Positions 18,559-27,502 of a DNA stretch of 47,549 nucleotides are shown piece by piece (positions within the stretch are counted from its first letter, which is position 1; each line of letters opens with the position of its first letter). The translations under genes were made by a program, and so were the position numbers. A model generated the notes under the pieces. That model made no database searches. It was not told the origin of the DNA and saw nothing but the letters and a program-made list of their open reading frames with translations. The DNA comes from Candidatus Buchananbacteria bacterium (lineage in GTDB: Bacteria > Patescibacteriota > Patescibacteriia > CAIXNZ01), in contig WJKP01000031.1 of NCBI GenBank assembly GCA_014729025.1, positions 1 through 47,549 of the forward strand, read 5' to 3'.

Positions 18559-20025
18559 ATGCAAAATTGGCCGATTCATTTTAAAGATAAATTAATTATA
18601 GGCAATGCCGAAGCTGAAATCGGTATTGTTTGTTTATGGACACCTGTTAATCAAATAATTGATTATATTGATAAAAATAGTTTTGCTTTGGCTGGCCAGC
18701 TTTATTCCAAAGAAGGTATTAATTATATTATTCGTAATATTTTGGCTAATCCTAGAATTCGCTTATTAATCATTTGCGGTGAGGAAAGAGTCGGGAGTGG
18801 CCAGGCTTTAATTAATTTAATTGACAAAGGCGTAAATCAGGATAATCAGATTTTAGAAACTGAAAATTGTCAAATTCATAAAGAAATTCCACTGCAAGCT
18901 ATTGAGCTTTTTAGAAAAAATGTAAAATATGAAAATTTAATCAATATTTATGAGCCGACTCAAATAAACAGGACCGTAGAAAATTATCAACCACAAAATA
19001 CTGACTGGGCTACCCCACAAATTTTTCCTGAAGCTAAAATAGAATTTGACGGTGTTATGCCGACTGATCAATCTGTTTTTAAAATACGCAAAAAATATGC
19101 AGGTGAAGCCTGGCTGGAGATTATAAAAAAAATCATGAAATTCGGAACAATCAGAGAATCCTTTCATGGCAATAATTGTAAAGAGCTATTTAATATTGCG
19201 GCTGTTATTACTAATGAAAATCCTGATAATTTTAAAATATTTGATTATTTCCAGATCACAGAAAAAGATATCAAAGATTACATTCCTAAAATCATGACTG
19301 GAGACAAAGGAACTGCTGACTATACTTATGGTGAAAGACTCTGGAATTTTCCTAAAATTGAAGGGCAAAATTATAAATATAATCAGGCTGAAGACGTTAT
19401 TATTGACTATTTATCACGATACCCTACTGACCGGGCAGCCTGCGCAGTTATTTTTGGGATTCAGGATCATACAGCCAAAAGTTCACCGTGTATGTGTTTT
19501 TTGCAAGCCACTAATGTTAACGATAAGCTGGATTTAACTGCTTATTTTCGTTCTCATGATATTTTTAGTGGCTGGTTATTGAATATTTTTGCTTTGCGAA
19601 CTTTACAAAAACATATTGGCGATAAATTAAACTGGCCATTGGGCAATTTAACTGTTTATTCAAATTGCGCACATATTTATGATAATAATTGGCAAATTGC
19701 TCAGGAAATGATAAGTAAATATGGTCAACAGTTGGATTGCACATCAGATCCTAGAGGTTATTTAGTTATTTCCATTGATAATCAAAAAATAATTGCTAAA
19801 CATGTTTCCCCTAATGGCAAAACATTGCAGGAATTCCGTCAAGACGGATTAGCAGAAAAAGCCGCCATGGAGATGTACAATCAATTAATCTTGGCTGATG
19901 TTGTTTCTTTAGTTTCACATGCTTTTGATCTGGGCACAGAATTACAAAAAGCTGAAATTGCCATTAAGCAAAAATTGAATTATATCCAAGATCAACCATT
20001 AAATTTTAATAAAAATGAAAGTTAA
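18559..20025 (+). CDS. Thymidylate synthase-like protein fused to an N-terminal MtrA-like domain and a C-terminal DUF4346-like domain
   Basis: GINYIIRNILANPRIRLLIICG (MtrA-like); YTYGERL, SPC, FRSHD, N, AHIY (TS); DPRGY...HAFDLGTELQKAE...YIQD (DUF4346-like). Confidence 0.82.
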   Translation: MQNWPIHFKDKLIIGNAEAEIGIVCLWTPVNQIIDYIDKNSFALAGQLYSKEGINYIIRNILANPRIRLLIICGEERVGSGQALINLIDKGVNQDNQILETENCQIHKEIPLQAIELFRKNVKYENLINIYEPTQINRTVENYQPQNTDWATPQIFPEAKIEFDGVMPTDQSVFKIRKKYAGEAWLEIIKKIMKFGTIRESFHGNNCKELFNIAAVITNENPDNFKIFDYFQITEKDIKDYIPKIMTGDKGTADYTYGERLWNFPKIEGQNYKYNQAEDVIIDYLSRYPTDRAACAVIFGIQDHTAKSSPCMCFLQATNVNDKLDLTAYFRSHDIFSGWLLNIFALRTLQKHIGDKLNWPLGNLTVYSNCAHIYDNNWQIAQEMISKYGQQLDCTSDPRGYLVISIDNQKIIAKHVSPNGKTLQEFRQDGLAEKAAMEMYNQLILADVVSLVSHAFDLGTELQKAEIAIKQKLNYIQDQPLNFNKNES

Positions 20026-20443
20026 AATAACCAGAATAGACAAATCTTTACCATTACCAGAATACCAAACCAAAGGTTCAGTAGCTTTTGATTTATATTC
20101 CAGAATTAATTTGGAAATAAAACCTCAAGAAATAGCATTGATCCCAACCAATTTAATCATTCAGACCCCGAGAAATTATATGTTATTAATTGCTTCCCGC
20201 AGTTCTAATCCCCAAAAATTAGGGTTATTAAAACCTCATGGTATTGGCATTATTGATCAAGATTATTGCGGGTCTGAAGATGAAATTAAAGTCCAAGTTA
20301 TGAATTTTATTGATAAATCTGTTAATATAAAAAAAGGACAAAGAATTGGCCAAGCTACTTTTGTTAAAATAAATAAAGCTAATTGGCAAGAGATAGATAA
20401 AATAAATAAAAAATCACGTGGCGGTTTTGGCTCAACTGGCTAA
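20015..20443 (+). CDS. dut: Trimeric dUTPase
   Basis: AFDL, RSS, GIIDQDY, RIGQ, RGGFGSTG. Confidence 0.93.
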   Translation: MKVKITRIDKSLPLPEYQTKGSVAFDLYSRINLEIKPQEIALIPTNLIIQTPRNYMLLIASRSSNPQKLGLLKPHGIGIIDQDYCGSEDEIKVQVMNFIDKSVNIKKGQRIGQATFVKINKANWQEIDKINKKSRGGFGSTG

Positions 20444-20493
20444 AATCAGCTAATTTTGTTAAAATATTATTAATTAACAAATAAAATTATCAT

Positions 20494-21108
20494 ATGATTA
20501 ATCAACCCTCAAAAGGTAAATTTATTGTACTTTATGGTGTCAATAATCTTGGCAAAACAACTCAAGCCAAATTATTGGTTGAAAATTTGATTATTCAATT
20601 AAGCAAAAAGGCTGAATATATAAAATATCCTGTTTATAAATTACAACCATCAGGTCCGGAAATTTATAATTATTTAAAACAAGGCAATCCTCATGATCTT
20701 ACCCCTAGAGAGTTTCAGTTCGTACAAATTTTAAACCGAACGCAATATGAACCTACTTTAAAAGAAAAACTTGATCAGGGTATTTGGGTAGTAGCTGAAG
20801 ATTATACCGGCACTGGAATTGCCTGGGGGATGGCCACTGGTGTAAATAAAAATTTACTTTACACAATGAATTCCCATTTACTAAATGAAGATCTGGGTAT
20901 TTTATTTAAAGGAGAACCATTCCCAGAAAATCTGGATAAAAATAATCTTCATGAAACTGATCCCGCTTTATTAAAAAAGACTAAAATGATTTTTGAAAAC
21001 ATTGCTAAAGATTTTGGCTGGGAAACTATTAATGCCAATCAAAGCAAAGAAGATGTCCAAAAAGAAATACTACAAATAGTTAAAAATAAAATCAGTTATT
21101 TAGAATAA
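20494..21108 (+). CDS. tmk: Thymidylate kinase-like protein (divergent motifs)
   Basis: FIVLYGVNNLGKTTQ P-loop, KYP, VVAEDY; follows dut. Confidence 0.75.
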   Translation: MINQPSKGKFIVLYGVNNLGKTTQAKLLVENLIIQLSKKAEYIKYPVYKLQPSGPEIYNYLKQGNPHDLTPREFQFVQILNRTQYEPTLKEKLDQGIWVVAEDYTGTGIAWGMATGVNKNLLYTMNSHLLNEDLGILFKGEPFPENLDKNNLHETDPALLKKTKMIFENIAKDFGWETINANQSKEDVQKEILQIVKNKISYLE

Positions 21109-21129
21109 TTATTAAAATTAATATCTTTT

Positions 21130-21870
21130 ATGAAAAACGAGCTAGTCTCTATTTCAGAAATAATTAAGCAAGGCTGGGAGCTTTATATTGCCAATTTGCA
21201 AAATTTTTTATTGCCGATCGCCCTAATGTTAATTTTGCCGATTATTATTACTATTCTTGAGTATTATAACTATTTTAATTTAATTTTATTTATCTTTATT
21301 TTGACTATCAGTATATTTATCAGTCTTTGGATCTCAGTATTTTTAATAGAATTAATCAATAAAACCCATAATAAAGAAAAATTTGACATTAAAAATCTTT
21401 ATAATATTGCTTTTCAAAAAATACCTTCTTATTTATGGGTTAGCTTTTTAACGGGCTTGGCTACAATACTAGGGCTTTTTCTTTTAATTATTCCTTTTAT
21501 TATTTTTTCTGTCTGGTTTGCTTTTGCTCCATATATTAATGTTCTTGAAAATAAAAACAATAAAGGCTGGCTAGCGCTTAAAAACAGCCGCGAACTTGTC
21601 AGAGGTTATTGGGGAAAAACTTTTTGGCGTTTATTATTACCGCCTTTATTCGTTTATTTAATTGTTATGATTATAATTATTGGCTTAACTTATGCAATGA
21701 CCGGTGGCGAAGTTGATTTAGCCACACCGAATTCCTCAGCCAACCTGATACTTAATGGCTTAACTACTGTTATTTTTTCTTTTTTAAGTCCTTTATTTAT
21801 TGCTTTTGTCATAATCCTATATAACAACTTAAAACAAGTTAAATCAAGACAGAATAAAAAATCAGCCTAA
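21130..21870 (+). CDS. Integral membrane protein (DUF975/glycerophosphodiesterase membrane-domain-like)
   Basis: About 6 TM; GLFLLIIP, ALKNSRELVRGYWGKTFWR. Confidence 0.75.
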   Translation: MKNELVSISEIIKQGWELYIANLQNFLLPIALMLILPIIITILEYYNYFNLILFIFILTISIFISLWISVFLIELINKTHNKEKFDIKNLYNIAFQKIPSYLWVSFLTGLATILGLFLLIIPFIIFSVWFAFAPYINVLENKNNKGWLALKNSRELVRGYWGKTFWRLLLPPLFVYLIVMIIIIGLTYAMTGGEVDLATPNSSANLILNGLTTVIFSFLSPLFIAFVIILYNNLKQVKSRQNKKSA

Positions 21871-21906
21871 AAATTTATAATCATTAGAAAAAATAAAAAA
21901 TTAAAT

Positions 21907-23451
21907 ATGGAATTACAAACAATTATCGGCCTAGAAATTCATGTTCAATTAAAAACCAAGACAAAAATGTTTTGTGCTTGTGATAACCATGGTGAAAATA
22001 AACCTCCTAATTCTTGTATTTGTCCCGTCTGTTTGGGTCATCCCGGTGTTTTACCTGTTGCCAATAAGCAGGCTATTAGCTGGTCAGCTTTAACTTCTTT
22101 AGCTTTAAATTGTAAAATTGCTCAATATTCCAAATTTGATCGTAAACATTATTATTACCCTGACCTACCCAAGGCTTATCAAATATCACAATTGGATCAG
22201 CCAATTGGCGGTAATGGCCATTTATATATTTTAAATCCCGAAACTAATGAAGAAGAAAAAATACGCATTAATAGGCTACATTTAGAAGAAGACGCCGCTA
22301 AATTACAACATGATAATACTAAAAAATATAGTCTAATAGATTTTAACCGTGGCGGCACGCCTTTAATGGAAATCGTTACCGAGCCTGATATAAAAAATTC
22401 GGCTCAAGCCAAATTATTTTTGCAAGAATTACGCCAAATCATGCGCTATCTGGGAATTTCCAATGCTGATATGGAAAAAGGTCACCTGCGCTGTGATGCC
22501 AATATATCCCTAAAACCACCAAAAGAAAACAAATATTATCCTAAAACTGAAATAAAAAATCTTAATTCTTTTAAAATGGTTGAAAAGGCTTTGGAGTATG
22601 AGATTTCACGTCAGACAAAACTTTGGCTGGAAGGCAACCCGCCTCAAGAGCAAACTACTCGAGGCTGGAAAGATAATAAAGGGATTACCGAAGAACAAAG
22701 ATCAAAAGAAGAAGCCAATGATTATCGTTATTTTCCTGAACCAGATATACCTCCGATTCATTTTCTAATTGCACCGGATAAAAAATGTGATAAGGGCCAA
22801 ATCGCTATCGATATTGACTGCTTAAAATCAGAATTACCAGAACTGCCCGATACCAAAAGAAAAAGATTTATGGCTGAATATGACTTGAACTATGATGATG
22901 TTAAAATTTTAACCGAAGAAAAATATCGTGCTGATTTTACTGAACAGGTTTTTTCCGAACTGGAGAATTGGCTTGATAATATTATAGAAAAAGCAATTAA
23001 TAAAAAAGATTTTTGGGAAAAAAACAAACCCCAATTAGTTAAATTAACCAGTAATTGGTTGATTAATTATCTTTTGCCAATACTTGAAACTGAAGATTTG
23101 AAAATAAAAAATATTAAAATGACACCTGAAAATATGGCCGAACTGATTACTTTATTATTTGTTAAAAAAATAAATACCACCACAGCCAATAAAATGCTCG
23201 TAGAAATGGTTAAAACAGGCGCTGATCCTTCACATTTAATTAAAGACAAAAATCTGGGACAAATTTCCGATACCGGCGAATTGGAAAAAATAATAGAAAA
23301 AGTAATCAAAGATAACGCTCAACCAGTACAAGACTATGAAAACGGCAAAGAAAAAGCTTTACAGGCCTTGGTTGGTAAAGTCATGGCTCAATCAAAAGGC
23401 AAGGCTAACCCGGAAATTGTCTTGGATCTATTAAAAAAGAAATTAAAATAA
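21907..23451 (+). CDS. gatB: Asp/Glu-tRNA amidotransferase subunit B
   Basis: IGLEIHVQL, FDRKHYYYPDLPKAYQISQ, LEEDA, DYRYFPEPD. Confidence 0.97.
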   Translation: MELQTIIGLEIHVQLKTKTKMFCACDNHGENKPPNSCICPVCLGHPGVLPVANKQAISWSALTSLALNCKIAQYSKFDRKHYYYPDLPKAYQISQLDQPIGGNGHLYILNPETNEEEKIRINRLHLEEDAAKLQHDNTKKYSLIDFNRGGTPLMEIVTEPDIKNSAQAKLFLQELRQIMRYLGISNADMEKGHLRCDANISLKPPKENKYYPKTEIKNLNSFKMVEKALEYEISRQTKLWLEGNPPQEQTTRGWKDNKGITEEQRSKEEANDYRYFPEPDIPPIHFLIAPDKKCDKGQIAIDIDCLKSELPELPDTKRKRFMAEYDLNYDDVKILTEEKYRADFTEQVFSELENWLDNIIEKAINKKDFWEKNKPQLVKLTSNWLINYLLPILETEDLKIKNIKMTPENMAELITLLFVKKINTTTANKMLVEMVKTGADPSHLIKDKNLGQISDTGELEKIIEKVIKDNAQPVQDYENGKEKALQALVGKVMAQSKGKANPEIVLDLLKKKLK

Positions 23452-23452
23452 C

Positions 23453-23694
23453 ATGTCCGACCAAAATAAACGAAAAAAAATTATTGATATTTTTAATGAA
23501 TTTTATAGGAAAATTAATAAAATTGAAGCTGATAAAAAAAAACTAGAAGCCAACTTACAAACTGAGCAGGATCAACTAAAACTAAGCGAGAAAAAAAGTC
23601 AAAACAAGTAATCAAAATCCTTAATAATTATTTTAAAAAAATTAATAAAATTGAGAAACAAAAAAATAATATTTTAAAAAAATATAATTATTAA
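23453..23694 (+). pseudogene. Small two-repeat helical protein split by a -1 frameshift (frame 0 ORF 23453-23611; continuation to 23694)
   Basis: KKIIDIFNEFYRKINKIEADKK in frame 0 and KQVIKILNNYFKKINKIEKQKN in the -1 frame. Confidence 0.5.
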
Positions 23695-23704
23695 TAATAA
23701 AAAT

Positions 23705-24484
23705 ATGCCAGAACCACGCTGGGAACAAAAAACCGCTGAAACAAAAATAACAATGCCGCCTGATCTTTTAAATAAAAGTCCGGAGGAATTTGATGAATGG
23801 ATAGCCGAACAAGCTGGCCAAGCAGTTAATAAAGGGTTTCAAGTTTTAACCGATTTAGAAACATTAAAGAAAAAAATACCGGTTGATAGCTCTAAGCAAA
23901 AAAAGGCCGAAGAATTAACAGCCGAAACAACAAAGGCAACCGAAGAATTACAAAAAGATTTGACCGCAGTCGGAGTTGAGCCTGAGAAAGCTGAGGGCTG
24001 GACAGCTGATCGTATTGCTAAATTAAGAAAAAAAATAGAAACAAGAAAAGATGCTGAAGAAAGACAAGAAAGGTTAAAAAAATTAGGTGAAGTAAGAGCG
24101 CGTCTGGTCTCCAAAGATCAAGAATTCATGTCAAAATTGGGTGAGCTTGATGCTTCAGAAATAACGGGACAGCAAGAAAAACAAATCCAAGAAATGGATA
24201 AAGCCATAGAAGCAGAATTTAAAAAAACCGAGTTAACAGAAGCAGAAAAAATGCAACTTTTATATCAACTGCCTAATTTTTTGGAAGCTAAAAAGAAATT
24301 ACTAGATTTTCAAAAAGATCGACTTTTACAGCAAAAAGAAACTGTTAAAAAAAGGTATAAAAGTGGCGCTTTGCAGCCTGATATTTTACCAGGCGGTAAA
24401 AAACGTTATTCCCGATTAATTATGATAGATAAAAAACTACAAGACGTAGATCAAGAACTAGAAAAATATAATCTAGCAGCATAA
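23705..24484 (+). CDS. Hypothetical coiled-coil protein
   Basis: 259-aa E/K-rich helical ORF. Confidence 0.8.
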   Translation: MPEPRWEQKTAETKITMPPDLLNKSPEEFDEWIAEQAGQAVNKGFQVLTDLETLKKKIPVDSSKQKKAEELTAETTKATEELQKDLTAVGVEPEKAEGWTADRIAKLRKKIETRKDAEERQERLKKLGEVRARLVSKDQEFMSKLGELDASEITGQQEKQIQEMDKAIEAEFKKTELTEAEKMQLLYQLPNFLEAKKKLLDFQKDRLLQQKETVKKRYKSGALQPDILPGGKKRYSRLIMIDKKLQDVDQELEKYNLAA

Positions 24485-24490
24485 CATACT

Positions 24491-24518
24491 AAAAACAGCC
24501 TATTAAAAGGCTGTTTTT
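24491..24518. terminator. Bidirectional terminator
   Basis: aaaaacagcct-attaaa-aggctgttttt between convergent genes. Confidence 0.8.
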
Positions 24519-25407
24519 ATTTTAACCACTGAATAACTTTCTTTTTTATTTTATTATAATCGTTTTCCCAAATAATTTCATTATCTTTTTTAAACCAGGT
24601 CATTTGTCTCTTGGCATAATGATTAATCTCCAGCTCAAGTCGCTCCAACATTTCGTCTTTAGTTATTAAACCTCTTAAATAGCGGGTAATCCAACGATAT
24701 TCAAGTCCAAAATACTCCAACCTTTGCCAGGCTACACCTTGTTCATGCAACCTCTTAACTTCAGCTATCATCCCCTGTCGTATTCTGGCCAATAAACGAT
24801 CGTGCATTCGTTCTTTTAATTCATCTTTACTCCGTTTAACACCTATTTTCAAAACATCATATTGCTTTTTTTTAATATATTGAGGTACTGGCTGGCCAGT
24901 CTTTATAATAATCTCTAATGCCCGGATTAGACGTCTTTTATTATAAGCATCAATATTAGCTGCTCGTTGCGGATCTAATTTTTTAAGCTTATTAAAAAGT
25001 TGTTTAGTGTTTAATTGATCTAATTTTTTACGTAACTGAGAATCAGGCTTGGTTGTTTCAGGTAAACCATAAAGCAAAGCATCAACCCAAAACATAGTAC
25101 CTCCGCAAATAATCGGCAGTTTATTTTTTTTATTAATTTGTTTGATAGCTTTACTGGCATCTTGGACAAACTTATTGACATTATAATCAGTTTTAGGTGA
25201 AACTACGTCCAAAAGATAATGCTTAATTCCCTGCATTTCTTTTTTAGTTATTTTACCTGTACCAATATCCATACCTTTATAAACTTGACGCGAATCAGCT
25301 GATATGACTTCGCCATTAAAATCTTTGGCCAGTTTAATAGACAAACTGGTTTTACCACTAGAAGTGGGACCAACAACAACTAAGAGTTTTGATAATTTTA
25401 TTGACAT
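24517..25407 (-). CDS. miaA: tRNA dimethylallyltransferase
   Basis: GPTSSGKT, ISADSRQVYKGMDIGTGK, YAKRQMTW. Confidence 0.96.
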   Translation of the reverse strand: MSIKLSKLLVVVGPTSSGKTSLSIKLAKDFNGEVISADSRQVYKGMDIGTGKITKKEMQGIKHYLLDVVSPKTDYNVNKFVQDASKAIKQINKKNKLPIICGGTMFWVDALLYGLPETTKPDSQLRKKLDQLNTKQLFNKLKKLDPQRAANIDAYNKRRLIRALEIIIKTGQPVPQYIKKKQYDVLKIGVKRSKDELKERMHDRLLARIRQGMIAEVKRLHEQGVAWQRLEYFGLEYRWITRYLRGLITKDEMLERLELEINHYAKRQMTWFKKDNEIIWENDYNKIKKKVIQWLK

Positions 25408-25462
25408 AAGGAAATATATATATTAATTTATTTATAATAATCGTATCCAAATAGGAGGGAAG

Positions 25463-25696
25463 ATGAAAATCACTTTTGGGTTATGTTTATTTTATCTGTT
25501 ATTCGGGCATTACCTAGCAATGAGTGGCATCAAATTATTGCAGAAAGACAACCCAATCAAAAGCAGGTTCTGGAGAATTATTTCATATGAAATAATGGCA
25601 ATTCTCTGGCTACCAATCATCGCAGCTTACATTGGCCTCATATGTATAATATATACAACGCTTATCTGTTGCGTAATTATACTAATACCGTATTAG
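25463..25696 (+). CDS. Small membrane protein (SD-led orphan)
   Basis: AGGAGG SD; hydrophobic; promoter TTGACA(25401)-17-TAATTT. Confidence 0.7.
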   Translation: MKITFGLCLFYLLFGHYLAMSGIKLLQKDNPIKSRFWRIISYEIMAILWLPIIAAYIGLICIIYTTLICCVIILIPY

Positions 25697-25726
25697 TCAA
25701 TACGAGATAATCTAATCAAAAATCCA

Positions 25727-25800
25727 GCTTAAACTAATTTCCCCTACCAGTCCGAAGCACAGAGCTCGGACTGGTTTTATTATTTGACATATTGACATAT
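25727..25800. repeat. Diverged copy of the miaB 3' end (26211-26283) containing a terminator hairpin
   Basis: gcttaaacta-atttcccc..agtccgaagc..agctcggact vs gcttaaactaaatttcccc..agcccgaagc..agctcgggct. Confidence 0.75.
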
Positions 25801-25871
25801 ATTAAAATTCGTTTTATTTTATAATTAAGAATCAAAAGGCAAAATACCTTTTAAAAAACAAGGAGGACGAG

Positions 25872-26192
25872 ATGATTTACTTAGGAATTGGTATTTATTT
25901 GGGCATTGGTATTTTTTTCACAATAGTAATGTGGCTTAATTTCGCGACCCACTGCAAAAAGTACTTTCGGTTAGCGATTTTCGCTGTCATTATCACGCTG
26001 ACTTGGGGCTACTTTTTCATCGCCTTTGGTGTGGGCGCCTTGGGGGATTTGATTTCTAATCTAACCACGAAAAAGGAGCCGTTTTTGAGCAAAATTCCAA
26101 TTGCTCTTTATCTACTCTTACTGAACAAGATGTATCAAAGCCTTTATGGCGTTTGGGGAGGACAATTTCTGAATAATGCCGAGACGCCATAG
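25872..26192 (+). CDS. Small membrane protein (SD-led orphan)
   Basis: AAGGAGG SD; hydrophobic; promoter TTGACA(25792)-17-TATTTT. Confidence 0.7.
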   Translation: MIYLGIGIYLGIGIFFTIVMWLNFATHCKKYFRLAIFAVIITLTWGYFFIAFGVGALGDLISNLTTKKEPFLSKIPIALYLLLLNKMYQSLYGVWGGQFLNNAETP

Positions 26193-26212
26193 ATAACTCA
26201 AAACAACAACGC

Positions 26213-27493
26213 TTAAACTAAATTTCCCCATAGCCCGAAGCTTTCAGCTCGGGCTATTTTTATTTTAACAAATTTACCTAATAAATCTTTATTTGATTTA
26301 AATTTTACTACTTTAAATGTTCGGGTCTTGCCTAGCCAATATTCGCTCTTTTTAGCATCAACTAAAACTTCTAAGGTCTCTCCTACTAATTTCTGATTAT
26401 TAGCTAAGGCTGTTTTAGATAAAATAACAGTCAAAACTTTATCACGACGTTTTTTTTCAGCCTTACTGACATTATCCTTTAATCTAGCTGCGACTGTTTC
26501 CTGCCGTGGTGAATATTGATTAATATAAGCCATATCAAATTTAATCTCCTCAAATAACTTACACGTATTTTTAAATTGCTCTTTGGTTTCGCCTGGGAAA
26601 CCGACGATAATATCAGTTGAAATAGCTGCATTGGGAATTTGTTGCCTGATTTTTTTAATCAAATTTTTATAATGAGCAACAGTGTATCCCCTGTTCATTT
26701 TTTTTAAAATCTGATCATCACCGGACTGAATCGGTAAATTTATATACTCGGTTATTTTATCGTATTTAGTAATAACTTTTATCAGCTTATCTGAAAGATC
26801 CTTGGGATGACTGGTTAAAAATCTGATCCAAAATTTACCTGTCAATTTGGCTATTTGTTCTAATAAGTCAGGAAAATCTTTAATTGATTCTGAACTTTGA
26901 ATTTTGAGCTTAGGGCTATAGGAATTAACATTTTGGCCTAGTAAAAAAATTTCCTTATAGCCATTTTTTATTAAACCTTTAACTTCAGAAATAATTTCCT
27001 GTGGTGACCTGGACTCTTCCCTGCCACGCACATAAGGCACTACACAATAAGAACAATAATTATTACAGCCTGTCATAATCGGCACATAAGCTGTAAAACT
27101 TGATTCATATTGAGGCTTAATTGAAAAATAAGTTTCAATTTTATCCTGCTCACTTTTTTTATTCAATAGTTTGGGCAACCCTGGCAAATCTTTTATATTC
27201 AAAAAAACATCAATATCTTTTAAGCGTTTAATTGATTCTTTACGCAAAGCCATGCAACCAGTTAATACAATTTTAAGCTGTGGGTTATGAGCTTTGAGTT
27301 TTTTTATCTGGCGCATTAACCCATAAACCCGATCTTCAGCTGACTGACGAACCGAACAAGTAACTAAAATTATTAAATCAGCCTGATCTATTGTTTTTGT
27401 TGCTTTATACCCGATTGACTGCAAAAGTGATGCTACTCGCTCAGCATCACTTTTATTCATCTGACAACCGTATATTTTAATGAAGTATTTCAT
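26213..27493 (-). CDS. miaB: tRNA-2-methylthio-N6-dimethylallyladenosine synthase
   Basis: GCQMNKSD, TCSVRQSAE, CNNYCSYC, DIIVGFPGET, TRAM domain. Confidence 0.95.
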   Translation of the reverse strand: MKYFIKIYGCQMNKSDAERVASLLQSIGYKATKTIDQADLIILVTCSVRQSAEDRVYGLMRQIKKLKAHNPQLKIVLTGCMALRKESIKRLKDIDVFLNIKDLPGLPKLLNKKSEQDKIETYFSIKPQYESSFTAYVPIMTGCNNYCSYCVVPYVRGREESRSPQEIISEVKGLIKNGYKEIFLLGQNVNSYSPKLKIQSSESIKDFPDLLEQIAKLTGKFWIRFLTSHPKDLSDKLIKVITKYDKITEYINLPIQSGDDQILKKMNRGYTVAHYKNLIKKIRQQIPNAAISTDIIVGFPGETKEQFKNTCKLFEEIKFDMAYINQYSPRQETVAARLKDNVSKAEKKRRDKVLTVILSKTALANNQKLVGETLEVLVDAKKSEYWLGKTRTFKVVKFKSNKDLLGKFVKIKIARAESFGLWGNLV

Positions 27494-27502
27494 TTACTCA
27501 AA

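Noticed and set aside
25727-26283. Integron attC interpretation of the two hairpin repeats
   Set aside because: No proper RYYYAAC/GTTRRRY ends, no integrase in the window, and one copy is miaB coding sequence.
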